A stretch of DNA of 63,768 nt, the filler included. It is 4 parts of 4 records of this genome, joined end to end, with 100 filler letters (N's around TTAATTAATTAA, not from the genome) between each part and the next. Parts side by side here need not be neighbours in the genome. Positions count along the whole stretch, not along the records: positions 1 to 29,509 come from SRR20825010_1300; 3 more parts are not named here. One strand, given 5' to 3'. Of the stretch, positions 18,243 through 28,262 are shown in pieces. The notes beneath the pieces are model-generated. The model was given only the letters and a program-made list of their open reading frames with translations, did no database searches and was not told the DNA's origin. Every line of letters begins with the position of its first letter. The first letter of the stretch is position 1. The translations under genes were made by a program, and so were the position numbers.

Positions 18243-19853
18243 TCAGGCTTTCAGTTTGTCGGCCAGAGCCGAGGCATTGCGTGCACTGAGCCCGTAGATG
18301 GACAACTGCGGGTTGGCCCCGATGCTGGTGGGGAACACGGAGCCATCGATGACGTAGAGGCCGTTCAGGTGTTTGTAGCTACCGTCGCTGTTGACGGTAC
18401 AGCGGCTCTCATCGGCGCCCATGGTCAGGCCGCCCATGACGTGGGCGCTGCCCAAGCCGGTGATGACCGGGGCATAGTCCAGCTGTGCAACACCGTCGCG
18501 GGCCGCCTTCCAGCTTTTGTAGTAGCCGGCATCAGCGTGGCTGGGGCGAACCTCTTTGGCGCCGGCGGCGAACTGCATTTCCAGCATGGTCAGGTGGGCC
18601 CGTTTGGTGCCATCCAGCAGGTACTCGTTAACCGGGTAATCCAGCAGTGGTTCGCCGTTGTCGCGCAATTCCACGGTGCCGCCCTGGTTATCATCGTGGA
18701 AGCCGTCGCGGATCATGGCGATGGACGCGGCCAGGTTGGGCAGGCGTTCGATTTCATCCCGGGCCCGTTCGCCGAACCCACCCATCAAGGCGCCAGACAA
18801 GCCAGGGTGCATGGGCATCATTTCCATCTTGTAGCCCGCGGGGCCATCGACGCCGTGCTTGAAGGTGAATTCATCGGAATACACGGACTGCGGCGCGCCG
18901 TAGTACGGGGCGATTTCCTTGTCGTAGATACCGAAGGCAAAGCTGGTGGGGTGCAGGAAGGTGCGTTTGCCGACCAGGCCGTTGGGGTCGGGTGCCTCAG
19001 AGCGCATTAGCAAGGCGGGGCTCTGGATGCCGCCGCCCGCTGCGATCACGGTTTTCGCTTTCAGGGTTACGGTGGCGCCGGTGGGGACCTTGTTGTCATT
19101 CAGCGGGCGCACCCGCACGCCGGTGACGCTATCGCCTTCGATGATCAGGGTGTCGGCCTGGGCGCTGTGGATCAACGTTGAACCATGATCCAGGGCGCCG
19201 GGAATGGTGGTGACCAGCATGGATTGTTTGGCGTTGGTGGGGCAGCCCATGCCGCAATAGCCAATGTTCCAGCAGCCGCTCACGTTGCGGGGAATCAGGG
19301 CGGAGTGCCAGCCCTTGTTGTCGCAGCCGCGTTTCATTACATCGTTGTTGGCGTTGGGGGGCATGGCCCACTTTTCTACCTTGAGGCGGGTTTCCATCTG
19401 TTGGAACCAGGGGTCCATTTGCGCCCGACTAAGCCCCTGCACGCCGAATTCATCGTGCCAGTATTGCAGGGTTTCGTGGGGCGTGCGGAAGCAACTGGTC
19501 CAGTTGACCACAGTGGTGCCGCCCACGGTGCGACCTTGCAGCACGGTCATGCCGGCGTCCTTGGTCGCACGCAGGGCGCCTTCCTGGTACAGGTCGCGGT
19601 AGGCGGCGCCTTCATCCAGTTTGAAATCGTCGGAGCTTTTCAGCTTGCCGGCTTCCACCAGGATAACCTTGAGGCCACGCTGGCTGAGGATTTCCGCACT
19701 GACACCGCCGCCGGCGCCGGTGCCAACGATGATCACATCGGCTTCCAGGGTACGGTTGTCGGTGATGGTGCGGCCGTCGAGCACGTCCCAGCCGTTGGCC
19801 GGGTCTTTCCACGGATCTTTCACATTGATGGTGAGGGTGGTCAAATCCTGCAT
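18243..19853 (-). CDS. laoA: GMC family oxidoreductase, long-chain alcohol dehydrogenase LaoA-like
   Basis: GTGAGGG FAD motif, GGTTVVNW, C-x3-GYC-x2-GCP, SAHVMGG, FPTSIGANPQ; gene order matches Pseudomonas laoABCR. Confidence 0.88.
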   Translation of the reverse strand: MQDLTTLTINVKDPWKDPANGWDVLDGRTITDNRTLEADVIIVGTGAGGGVSAEILSQRGLKVILVEAGKLKSSDDFKLDEGAAYRDLYQEGALRATKDAGMTVLQGRTVGGTTVVNWTSCFRTPHETLQYWHDEFGVQGLSRAQMDPWFQQMETRLKVEKWAMPPNANNDVMKRGCDNKGWHSALIPRNVSGCWNIGYCGMGCPTNAKQSMLVTTIPGALDHGSTLIHSAQADTLIIEGDSVTGVRVRPLNDNKVPTGATVTLKAKTVIAAGGGIQSPALLMRSEAPDPNGLVGKRTFLHPTSFAFGIYDKEIAPYYGAPQSVYSDEFTFKHGVDGPAGYKMEMMPMHPGLSGALMGGFGERARDEIERLPNLAASIAMIRDGFHDDNQGGTVELRDNGEPLLDYPVNEYLLDGTKRAHLTMLEMQFAAGAKEVRPSHADAGYYKSWKAARDGVAQLDYAPVITGLGSAHVMGGLTMGADESRCTVNSDGSYKHLNGLYVIDGSVFPTSIGANPQLSIYGLSARNASALADKLKA

Positions 19854-19912
19854 GGCGTTATCCTTTTTCTTGGGCTAGCAGTACACGCGATAAAGGCCGC
19901 AAGCGGCGCGTG

Positions 19913-20446
19913 TCAGGCAACGATCTTTTGGGGCGGGCCGGGATAGCCGGTAGTACGGGCGCCGGTGGGTTTGACATACCAGGCCATATAAATCGGTTGG
20001 GTCAGGCCCTTGAAGGCCATGCGGGACAGGCTCCGTTCGCTGGCAGACCAGTTCGCCAGGGTTTGCTGGAGCTCGTCGTCGCTCTGGTCGGCAAAGCTGG
20101 CCCAGCTGCCGGTGATATACCAGCGGGCGGCGCCCAGTTGCATCAAATCCAGTACCTGAAACAGCGCACCCCGAGTGCCGGGCATGCCGCCGTCGAGCAG
20201 GTCGTCGAAGGCTTTCATGCCGTCTTCGGCAGTGGCGCCCGCATCGCTGAGGGCAGAGCCGAGCACGGCGCCCACCAGCGGGGTCAGCAGGTCCACGTCT
20301 TGCTGTCGGAAGTGTTTATAGCCGGTTGCCGGGCCGTCATTGCTGGAGCAACCGGTGAGCAGGGCCAACCCGGAACCGGTGGCCAGTACTGCACTGCCGG
20401 CGGCGCTCAGCTTGAGAAAGCCGCGGCGATTGATTCCCTGATCCAT
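19913..20446 (-). CDS. laoB: Twin-arginine signal protein, LaoB-like partner of the GMC enzyme
   Basis: INRRGFLK Tat motif, LTGC lipobox-like, C-terminal GYPGPP. Confidence 0.8.
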   Translation of the reverse strand: MDQGINRRGFLKLSAAGSAVLATGSGLALLTGCSSNDGPATGYKHFRQQDVDLLTPLVGAVLGSALSDAGATAEDGMKAFDDLLDGGMPGTRGALFQVLDLMQLGAARWYITGSWASFADQSDDELQQTLANWSASERSLSRMAFKGLTQPIYMAWYVKPTGARTTGYPGPPQKIVA

Positions 20447-20465
20447 AGCGCACTCTTCTTGTTTT

Positions 20466-20622
20466 GAGTTGAAAGGAGCAAGTTAAAAGTTGAAAAGCGC
20501 GGGTCAGGCGATTGAACGTCGTAATGCCAGGCCCGCGATTAACGGTAATGGCGCGGGTATGGCCGTTCAGGAATCCTCGCCTTTTCCCGCGCTTTTTAAC
20601 TTCACACTTTGAGCTTGGAGCT
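20466..20622. repeat. Intergenic fold-back element with inverted heptamer arrays, copy B
   Basis: GAGTTGA AAGGAGC AAGTTAA AAGTTGA, AAAGCGCGGG/CCCGCGCTTT stem, central GCCCGCG..GGTAATGGCGCGGGTA, TTAACTT CACACTT TGAGCTT. Confidence 0.8.
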
Positions 20623-20624
20623 AA

Positions 20625-22067
20625 TTATTTCAGCAGGTACTTGTAGATGAACTTGTGCATGCCGCGCCCATAGGGAGGCAGGATGTGTTTGGTGGCGTTC
20701 ATCTTGCCCTTCTTGTAGATGCCTTTGGCCTGGGAGAAGGTCTGGAAGCCTTCCGGGCCGTGGTAGGCGCCCATGCCGGAGGGGCCGATGCCGCCGAAGG
20801 GAATGTCGTCCACGCCCACATGGGAAATGGTGTCGTTCAGGCACACGCCACCGGAGTGGGTGTTCTTGAGCACGTGGCTGCAGTTGTCCTGGTTCCAGTC
20901 AAAGTAATACAGCGCCAGCGGACGGGGCCGGTCGTTCACGTATTCGATGGCGTCATCCAGGTTTTTGTAGGGCACCACAATCATCAGCGGGCCGAAGATT
21001 TCGTCCTGTGCGATACGCATATCGTCGGTGACATTGAGCACCATGGTGTGCGGGATCTTCTGGCTGCCGGTGAAGTCTTCATTGGCCGGGTTGATCTCGA
21101 TGACCGTGGCACCTTTCTCGCGGGCTTCCTGAACGTAGCCGGTGAGGCGGGTGTGCTGGCGCTCGTTGACGATGGCAGTGAAGTCCGGGTTGTTGAGCAT
21201 GGTCGGGTAGGATTGGGTGACCTGCGCCTTCCAGGCTTCAATGAACTCGTCCACGCGGTTTTCCGGGCAGAGGATGTAGTCCGGTGCCACACAGGTTTGG
21301 CCGGAGTTCAGGCACTTGCCGAAAGCGATGCGCTCGGCTGCGTCCTTCATGGGGAAGTCCTGGCCGATGATGCAGGGGCTCTTGCCGCCCAGCTCCAGGG
21401 TCACTGGCGTCAGGTTGGCGGAGGCCGCGCGCATGATGTGCTTGCCCACGGTGGTGGAGCCGGTGAACAGCAGGTGGTCGAAGGGCAGCTCGGAGAAAGC
21501 CTGGGCCACATCCACTTCACCATTGACCACGGCCACCTGCTCCTGCGGGAAGGTATCGGCGATCAGCTTTTCCAGCAGGGCGCCGGTGCGCGGGGTGGCT
21601 TCACTCATTTTGATCATCACCCGGTTGCCGGCGGCGAGAGCGGTAATCAGGGGCACCACGGCCAGCTGTACCGGGTAGTTCCACGGCACGATAATGCCCA
21701 CCACGCCCAGCGGCTGGTATTCCACCCAGGTCTTGCCCGGCCAGTTCATGGCGCTGACGTGGCGCTTGGACGGCTTCATCCATTTACGCAGTTTCTTGGT
21801 GGTGTACTTCAGCCCTTCCAGAGTAATCATGATTTCCGCGAGTTTGGTTTCGTCGGCGGAACGGGTGGTGAAGTCGTTGTTCAGGGCCTCGGTCCAGGCG
21901 TCCATATGATCGAGCAACAACGGTTTGATTCGGCTGATCAGCTCAATACGCTGTTCGGCGCTGGGGTAAGGGTGTTGGCGGTATGCCGCTTTCTGAGCAG
22001 CGAAGATGCTCTGCATGCGAGCGATGTCTGGGTTGTTGCTGTGCAGATCTTTTACTTCGGCGACCAT
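20625..22067 (-). CDS. laoC: Coniferyl-aldehyde-dehydrogenase-like ALDH (LaoC/CalB-like)
   Basis: PWNYP, FTGST, LELGGKSP, GQTCVAPDY, EIFGP, PFGGIGPSG. Confidence 0.92.
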   Translation of the reverse strand: MVAEVKDLHSNNPDIARMQSIFAAQKAAYRQHPYPSAEQRIELISRIKPLLLDHMDAWTEALNNDFTTRSADETKLAEIMITLEGLKYTTKKLRKWMKPSKRHVSAMNWPGKTWVEYQPLGVVGIIVPWNYPVQLAVVPLITALAAGNRVMIKMSEATPRTGALLEKLIADTFPQEQVAVVNGEVDVAQAFSELPFDHLLFTGSTTVGKHIMRAASANLTPVTLELGGKSPCIIGQDFPMKDAAERIAFGKCLNSGQTCVAPDYILCPENRVDEFIEAWKAQVTQSYPTMLNNPDFTAIVNERQHTRLTGYVQEAREKGATVIEINPANEDFTGSQKIPHTMVLNVTDDMRIAQDEIFGPLMIVVPYKNLDDAIEYVNDRPRPLALYYFDWNQDNCSHVLKNTHSGGVCLNDTISHVGVDDIPFGGIGPSGMGAYHGPEGFQTFSQAKGIYKKGKMNATKHILPPYGRGMHKFIYKYLLK

Positions 22068-22136
22068 GGTCCTCGCCTCCCGAGTTTAATAGTTAGGTAT
22101 GATGGAGTGGTTAAAAATTCATCTTGAGTCTGATTT

Positions 22137-22154
22137 TTAGAGTAATTACTCTAA
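22137..22154. promoter_or_regulatory. Perfect 18-bp palindrome, likely operator of the TetR regulator
   Basis: TTAGAGTAATTACTCTAA between the divergent ALDH and TetR genes, next to TTGACT on the minus strand. Confidence 0.75.
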
Positions 22155-22195
22155 GAGTCAACATCGTGTATCAGAAAGACCACATTTGGCCCCTT

Positions 22196-22894
22196 ATGAC
22201 TAGTACCAAAGCGCGCATTCTGGAAACCAGCCTTGCCCTCTTCAATCGGCAGGGAGAGCGTAATGTGACCACCAATCACATTGCTGATGCCTTGGGGATC
22301 AGCCCGGGTAATCTGTATTACCACTTCCGCAACAAGGGCACGATTGTGGCCGCGCTGTTCGACCGCTATCAGCTCCAGCTTCTGGCTCTGCTGGAAGCGC
22401 CACAGGGGCCGTTAAGCTGGCAAGTGAAGGTGCATTACTTCGAGGGGTTGCTGGCGTCCATGTGGCAGTACCGGTTTTTCCACCGGGATCTGTCTCACTT
22501 TCTGCACACGGATCCGGCACTGGCGGCCCGTTATCAGCAGTTTGTGGAAACGGTGCTGGTGCGCGGGACGGTGATTTACGAGGAGTTGCGTAGCAGCGGG
22601 ATTCTGGCGCTGGACGATGAGCAGCTGCAGGGGCTGATGGTCAACACCTGGGTGATGATGTCGTCGTGGGCGGCCCTGATACATGGCCTGCGCCCGGATG
22701 CGGCGGCAGATGAAGGCCTGGATGAGCGCCTGATGCGCCATGGCGTCTATCAGATCATCTGCCTGGAGGAGCCATTCCTGAAAGGGGAGGCCCGGGAGCA
22801 TCTGACGGAAATGAAGGCGCGCTACCGGGCGGCGGACAACACCAGCGAATTGTTGCTGGGCCATTCTCTTGGCCTGTCACCGACCGGCAGCTGA
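22196..22894 (+). CDS. laoR: TetR/AcrR regulator, LaoR-like
   Basis: RILETSLALFN, TTNHIADALGISPGNLYYHF; divergent from the ALDH. Confidence 0.9.
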   Translation: MTSTKARILETSLALFNRQGERNVTTNHIADALGISPGNLYYHFRNKGTIVAALFDRYQLQLLALLEAPQGPLSWQVKVHYFEGLLASMWQYRFFHRDLSHFLHTDPALAARYQQFVETVLVRGTVIYEELRSSGILALDDEQLQGLMVNTWVMMSSWAALIHGLRPDAAADEGLDERLMRHGVYQIICLEEPFLKGEAREHLTEMKARYRAADNTSELLLGHSLGLSPTGS

Positions 22895-22912
22895 GCCCGC
22901 TGGTTGCCCGTG

Positions 22913-23899
22913 CTAGCGAAACCCGAACCCCTGCACAAACGCCAGTAGCCGCTGTTCCAGCCAGTAGCGCTGGCTCTTGTCTCCTACAAAACCCACGTGG
23001 CCACCGTAATCACTGACTTCCAGCGTGACGGCCGGCCCCAGTTCTTCCTGGCGCGGCAGGGTTGCTGGTGTCATGAAAGGATCGTCGCGGTTCTGCAACA
23101 TCAGGGTCGGGGTGCGAATCTGTAGCAACTTGGGGCCGGCGGAACATTGCGCGTAGTAGTGGTAGGCGCTGCGGAAACCGTACAGCGGCGCGATGATCTG
23201 GTCATCGTAGCGCCAGAATGAACGGATGCCGTTCATGTTCAGGCGGTGCAGCCGTTTGGCCTCCGGTGGGTTGACCTTGTCCAGGTGGGTTTTCTGCACA
23301 GCGAAATTGCCCAGCAGGTTTTTCAGCAGGTGCTGGCGGTACAGTTTCGACAGCCCCTGATCCAGCCGGTTGGCACAGATATCCAGCCGCAAAGGGGAGC
23401 AGACTGTGGCCACAGCACTCAGGTCGCCGTTGTCCCGGTGAGCCAGCCAGTTCAGCAGGCGGCTACCACCGAGGGAAACGCCAATGGCGATACGATGGCC
23501 GGTGGGGTTTTCATGGAACACATGTTTGATCACCGCATCCACATCGTCCACTTCCCCGGCGTGGTAGCACAGGGCGGTGTCGTTGGGTTTTTTGGCGCCG
23601 CGACTGTTGATCGCTACGGAACGAATGCCCGCCTCGGCCAGCACCTTCTGCATGCCGCGCATGTAATGGGAATCGCTGCAGCCGGACAGCCCATGCAGTA
23701 ACAGCACGGTGAGTTGCCCCGGGCGACTTTCCGGCCCGGCCCAGTCCAGCAGCAAATAGTCACCGTCTTTCAGGTTCAGCCGCTCGCTGCGCCGTTCTAC
23801 CTCGGGCAAGCTGCGGCCCATGGGCCCCCACAGGGTTTGCAGGTGCGGGTTGCGTAACCATAGTGGCGGTCGAAATGCCGACCGTACGATCTCGCCCAT
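22913..23899 (-). CDS. YheT-like alpha/beta hydrolase
   Basis: NPHLQT, LLHGLSG, GVSLGG nucleophile elbow, DDPFM, GGHVGF; ATG at 23899. Confidence 0.92.
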   Translation of the reverse strand: MGEIVRSAFRPPLWLRNPHLQTLWGPMGRSLPEVERRSERLNLKDGDYLLLDWAGPESRPGQLTVLLLHGLSGCSDSHYMRGMQKVLAEAGIRSVAINSRGAKKPNDTALCYHAGEVDDVDAVIKHVFHENPTGHRIAIGVSLGGSRLLNWLAHRDNGDLSAVATVCSPLRLDICANRLDQGLSKLYRQHLLKNLLGNFAVQKTHLDKVNPPEAKRLHRLNMNGIRSFWRYDDQIIAPLYGFRSAYHYYAQCSAGPKLLQIRTPTLMLQNRDDPFMTPATLPRQEELGPAVTLEVSDYGGHVGFVGDKSQRYWLEQRLLAFVQGFGFR

Positions 23900-24004
23900 A
23901 GGCAGGGTCTCATCCAGCGGGAAGGAAAAATCACGCCTGACGCGTGGCGCACGTATGGTAGCCTTTTGTTTTTCTCGCTGGCAGCTATTCATGACGGAGA
24001 TTCC

Positions 24005-24727
24005 ATGCCACGCCGTTTTTTTGATGATCAGGATTTCCTCTCCGGGCAAGCTGTAGAGCTGGGTGCCAGTGCCAGCCACCATATTGGCAAGGTGTTGCGC
24101 ATGGCGGTGGGCGATGAGTTGGTGGTGTTCAACGGTCGTGGCGGTGAATGGTTGGCGAGTATCTCTGCCATCAGCAAGAAAGCCGTCACCATCGAACCGC
24201 AGGCGTTCACTGATGAAGACCGCGCTGCCCCGCTGGCGGTAACCGTGGCGCTGCCGATGATCAAGGGCGAGCGTATGGATTATGCGATCCAGAAAGCCAC
24301 CGAGCTGGGTGCCGGTGAGTTGGTGATTCTGGATACCGAACGCTGCGAAGTGCGCCTCAAAGGTGAGCGCCAGGACAAGAAACTGGCCCATTGGCAGCAG
24401 GTGGCGATCAGTGCGTGTGAGCAGTGCGGGATGAACCGGGTGCCTGCCGTGCGTGGCGTGTTGAGTCTGCGTGACTGGCTGGCGTCGGACCTTCCCGCCC
24501 TGAAGTTGATTGCCCACCCGGGTGAAAAGCCCTTCTCTCCGGCTGCCTTGCAGACGCAATCCGAACTGGCATTGCTGACGGGTCCGGAAGGCGGGTTTTC
24601 CGATGACGAGTTGCAGCGCGCGGCAGATGCCGGCTTTACCCCTTTCGCCCTGGGCAACCGGGTGTTGCGGGCGGAAACCGCGCCGGTGGCGCTACTGGCG
24701 GCGCTGTGGGCGTGGCATGGCCACTAG
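24005..24727 (+). CDS. rsmE: 16S rRNA m3U1498 methyltransferase
   Basis: HIGKVLR, QKATELG, ACEQCG, GPEGGFS, LGNRVLRAETA. Confidence 0.96.
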   Translation: MPRRFFDDQDFLSGQAVELGASASHHIGKVLRMAVGDELVVFNGRGGEWLASISAISKKAVTIEPQAFTDEDRAAPLAVTVALPMIKGERMDYAIQKATELGAGELVILDTERCEVRLKGERQDKKLAHWQQVAISACEQCGMNRVPAVRGVLSLRDWLASDLPALKLIAHPGEKPFSPAALQTQSELALLTGPEGGFSDDELQRAADAGFTPFALGNRVLRAETAPVALLAALWAWHGH

Positions 24728-25112
24728 GGCGAAGGGGCGCAGACGCCCACGCCGTGGTAACTCCGGCAGAACATCGGGTCTCGCCGCGCCGCTGCTCGGC
24801 ATTGCCGTGTTTGCATTGGTGCTGGGTTTCTATGCCCGCCATGACCGCCTGTTGCCTTGGTTGGCCGGTGCATATGTGGTGCTTGCGGTGTTCACGCTGG
24901 GTTTGTATGCGTGGGACAAACGCGCGGCCATGCAGGCCCGGTCACGGATTCCGGAACAAACCCTGCACCTGCTGGCGCTGTCGGGCGGCTGGCCGGGAGC
25001 GATGTTGGCCCGTCCCCTGTTTCGTCACAAGACCCGCAAGCAACCCTTCACGGGCATATTCTGGTGCACGGTGCTGCTGAATCTGGCAATGGTGGCGGCG
25101 TTGCTGTGGTAG
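24717..25112 (+). CDS. DUF1294 family membrane protein
   Basis: YAWDKRAA, RIPEQTLHLLALSGGWPGA, FRHKTRK. Confidence 0.88.
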   Translation: MATRAKGRRRPRRGNSGRTSGLAAPLLGIAVFALVLGFYARHDRLLPWLAGAYVVLAVFTLGLYAWDKRAAMQARSRIPEQTLHLLALSGGWPGAMLARPLFRHKTRKQPFTGIFWCTVLLNLAMVAALLW

Positions 25113-25152
25113 TGACGGGCCCGCACAGACAATCACGAAAAGGGAGAACGCA

Positions 25153-25578
25153 ATGCTGTTAACCAGCCCGATCATTACGCCGGTGGTGGTCCTGGTGGCC
25201 TGGTCCATGGTCATGTGGCTATGGATGTACATCACTCGCTTGCCGGCCATGAAAGCGGCCAATATGCAGCCGGATCCGCAGGCACCCCGCGGTGAGCAGA
25301 TGAGTACCCTGCCTGCCCGCGTGCGCTGGAAAGCGGACAACTACAATCACCTGATGGAGCAGCCCACGGCGTTTTATGCGGTTGCGCTGTCGCTGGCACT
25401 GCTGGGCCAGGGAGACGGTATCAATCTGGCGTTGGCGTGGGCCTACGTGGGTATCCGGGTTGTGCATTCCTTGTTGCAGGCGTTGATCAACAAAATAGAA
25501 CTTCGCTTTGTATTGTTCTCCCTGTCGTCGCTGGCCCTGGTAGGCCTCGCTGCGAACGCCTTATGGGCGGTGCTTTGA
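25153..25578 (+). CDS. MAPEG family protein
   Basis: ADNYNHLMEQP, AWAYVGIRVVHS. Confidence 0.9.
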   Translation: MLLTSPIITPVVVLVAWSMVMWLWMYITRLPAMKAANMQPDPQAPRGEQMSTLPARVRWKADNYNHLMEQPTAFYAVALSLALLGQGDGINLALAWAYVGIRVVHSLLQALINKIELRFVLFSLSSLALVGLAANALWAVL

Positions 25579-26429
25579 TTTCGGCGCAGCGCACCCTGGC
25601 GTTAACCGCTCTGGCCATGGTGGCCTTTGCGGCCAATTCGGTGCTGTGCCGTCTTGCCTTGCGCGAAGGTGCGATAGATGCCGCCAGCTTTACGGCGGTG
25701 CGGCTGGTGTCCGGCGCAGTGGCACTGGGATTGATCCTGTTGCTGCGCGATCGCAGTGTGAAAGCCATGGCTACGCAGGGCAATCAGGGGTCGGCGTTGG
25801 CGTTGTTTGTCTACGCTGCCGGGTTCTCGCTGGCCTACGTTGAGCTTGCCACGGGTACCGGCGCCTTGCTGCTGTTTGGCGCAGTGCAGGCCACCATGAT
25901 TGGTATCGGTTTGTATCGTGGCGAGCGGTTGGAGCCGCTGCAGTGGTTGGGGCTGACGTTGGCGTTGACGGGTCTGGTCGCGCTGATGTTGCCGGGGGCC
26001 ACGGCACCGCCGCTGGCCGCCGCCGCCTTGATGTTGGTGGCGGGGGCTGCCTGGGGGGTGTATTCCCTGCGCGGCAAGGGCGCGGCTGATGCCACGGCGG
26101 TAACGGCCGGAAATTTCTTGCGGGCGTTGATCTGGCTACTGCCACTGGGGCTATTTGCGTGGCCGGCACAATGGCCCCAAGGGAGCGGGCTGGTTTATGC
26201 GGTATTGTCCGGTGCTCTGGCGTCGGGCGCCGGTTATGCCATCTGGTACCTGGCGCTGCGCGGGCTGGCCAGTTCCACGGCGGCCACGGTGCAGTTGAGT
26301 GTGCCGGTGCTGGCGGCCCTGGCCGGGGTAGTATGGCTGGACGAGGACTTCACCCTGCGTTTGCTTCTGGCATCGGCGGCGATTCTGGGCGGCATTGCGT
26401 TAGTGATTCGGCGCGGCGTGTCCCGCTGA
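25575..26429 (+). CDS. DMT/EamA family transporter
   Basis: AFAANSVLCRLAL, TGALLLFGAVQ, ATVQLSVPV; TTG start overlapping the MAPEG stop (alternative ATG 25563). Confidence 0.88.
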   Translation: MISAQRTLALTALAMVAFAANSVLCRLALREGAIDAASFTAVRLVSGAVALGLILLLRDRSVKAMATQGNQGSALALFVYAAGFSLAYVELATGTGALLLFGAVQATMIGIGLYRGERLEPLQWLGLTLALTGLVALMLPGATAPPLAAAALMLVAGAAWGVYSLRGKGAADATAVTAGNFLRALIWLLPLGLFAWPAQWPQGSGLVYAVLSGALASGAGYAIWYLALRGLASSTAATVQLSVPVLAALAGVVWLDEDFTLRLLLASAAILGGIALVIRRGVSR

Positions 26430-26451
26430 GCGGCATGGTCGAGAGGGATTG

Positions 26452-26787
26452 ATGGCATTCGATGGTGAGCTGGCCCAGCGCGTACGGGAACAATGGCTGC
26501 AGGTGGCCGGCACGTTGCCAGATGAGAAACGCATGTTCGGCGGCTTGTGCTTCATGCTCGCCGGAAACATGTGTTGCGGTATTCTTGGCGAGCGGTTGTT
26601 GGCCCGGGTTGGGCCTCAGGCCTATGGTGCTTTGTTGATGGAGCCGGGGGCCAGCGAAATGGATTTCACCGGTCGGCCCATGAAGGGCATGATCATGGTG
26701 GATGATGCCGTGCTGTCGGACGATGAGGTGCTGCAACGCTGGCTTTGCGCGTGCTTTGAATTCGTGCGTCTTCTTCCCGCCAAATAG
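26452..26787 (+). CDS. TfoX N-terminal domain protein
   Basis: EKRMFGGLCFM, MDFTGRPMKG. Confidence 0.88.
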   Translation: MAFDGELAQRVREQWLQVAGTLPDEKRMFGGLCFMLAGNMCCGILGERLLARVGPQAYGALLMEPGASEMDFTGRPMKGMIMVDDAVLSDDEVLQRWLCACFEFVRLLPAK

Positions 26788-26802
26788 TGGACAGGTACCG
26801 TC

Positions 26803-27378
26803 ATGCTGCAAATCGGAATTGTAATCTACGATGAGGCCGAGGTGCTGGACTTTGCTGGTCCCTATGAGGTGTTTGCCACCGCAGCCCGGTTGTGTGACGC
26901 CCGGCCCTGGCGTGTATCGTTAATCAGCGAAAAAACGCCGGTGATGGCTCGGGGTGGTTTCCCTGTGCAAAGTCACTTCACCCTGCAGGACCACCCGTCC
27001 CTGGATGTACTGCTGGTCAGCGGTGGGGTACATAGCGAAGCCATGAACAGTGCTGCCCTGCTCGGCGCTATTCGTCGGGCGGGGGAACAGGCTCGCTGGG
27101 TGACGTCGGTCTGTACGGGCGCATTTCTGCTGGCCAAAGCCGGGCTGCTGACCGATGAAAAAGTGACAACCCATTGGGAAGATATTGCTGAACTGCGCGC
27201 GTGTTTTCCTGATTTGGACGTTCAGAGCGAAGTGCGCTGGGTTGAAGATGGCAACCGACTAACTTCCGCTGGTATTTCTGCGGGTATCGATATGAGCCTG
27301 CATCTGGTGGAAAGACTGCATGGCCGGGAATTGGCGGACAAGACGGCCCGGCAGATGGATTATGCCTGGCAGCGGTGA
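26803..27378 (+). CDS. DJ-1/PfpI family protein
   Basis: LDFAGPYEVF, SVCTGA, TTHW, TSAGISAGIDM. Confidence 0.92.
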   Translation: MLQIGIVIYDEAEVLDFAGPYEVFATAARLCDARPWRVSLISEKTPVMARGGFPVQSHFTLQDHPSLDVLLVSGGVHSEAMNSAALLGAIRRAGEQARWVTSVCTGAFLLAKAGLLTDEKVTTHWEDIAELRACFPDLDVQSEVRWVEDGNRLTSAGISAGIDMSLHLVERLHGRELADKTARQMDYAWQR

Positions 27379-27407
27379 TGCGTTGGCTCGCAAATCCATC
27401 GGGTGAC

Positions 27408-28067
27408 TTAACGATATCGCCGGCTGTACGCCCAATACACACCCGCCAGGGAGACGGCCAGGGTGGCCGGGGCCAACAAGGCGGTAAAATGGAGCAACCT
27501 GAATAACCAGGTGCCAATCACTCCCCCACAGATGAAACCGCCAATCAGCAATACGAACAACAGCAGTCGGCGGCTATTGAGGGGGATGCCACGCAGGCGG
27601 TTGCCGAGCATGATACCCAGATCCGTAAAAATCCCGGACAGGTGGGTGGTGCGGATGATGGAGCCACTGTAGGTGGTCACCATGGCGTTCTGCAGGCCGC
27701 AGGCCATGGAGGCCAGATAGATGCCGAGATCACTGCCCTGTTGCAGAGACAGCATGGCCATAACCAGCAAAGCCGCTTCGATCAGCAATGAGAAACCGTA
27801 ATGGCGGCCCAGTTTCAGGGCAGTGCTGGTGATGAGTATGCCGCTAAGGGCGGCACCGGCGAGAAAGCTCAGCAGGGTGAGCAGCAGGTGCAGGGCCACT
27901 GACAGATCAACATCCGCCAATGCCAGGCCTAGTAGCGAGGAGGTGCCTGTAAGGTGTGATACTGATTGATGGCTGAATCCCAGCAGGCCCACCGCATTGA
28001 CGCTGCCGGCGAGAAAGGCCAGCAGAAAAGCTCCGACTTCCACCCAGGGTGGTAAACGAGTCAGCAA
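27408..28067 (-). CDS. YoaK/DUF1275 family membrane protein
   Basis: AGSVNAVG, SHLTG, CGLQNA, RTTHLSG. Confidence 0.9.
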   Translation of the reverse strand: MLTRLPPWVEVGAFLLAFLAGSVNAVGLLGFSHQSVSHLTGTSSLLGLALADVDLSVALHLLLTLLSFLAGAALSGILITSTALKLGRHYGFSLLIEAALLVMAMLSLQQGSDLGIYLASMACGLQNAMVTTYSGSIIRTTHLSGIFTDLGIMLGNRLRGIPLNSRRLLLFVLLIGGFICGGVIGTWLFRLLHFTALLAPATLAVSLAGVYWAYSRRYR

Positions 28068-28262
28068 GGCATCACCCCGTCTGGCCGATTATCAAAAACG
28101 GCAGTGTAGCACGGCCGGCTGGCACCAGGGCCAGAGGCTTGTGTGGCAAGAAGGTCTTGGCTCCTCGCCCACATTTTGTTTCCTGATCGCGGGATAAAAA
28201 GACACAGAGACCCTTGCCGACGTTGCTACCTTACAGTTCGATTATCAGCGTCAGGGATCAAT

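Noticed and set aside
20655-22127. 490-aa plus-strand ORF, and similar long ORFs at 9266-10384, 4827-5834, 39522-40703, 48739-49761, 44749-45738 and 58766-59812
   Set aside because: Antisense shadows of well-supported genes, expected from high-GC codon bias; no motifs
23900-24559. N-terminal 219-aa extension of the YheT ORF, looking like a fusion
   Set aside because: It overlaps rsmE on the opposite strand; the real start is most likely the ATG at 23899
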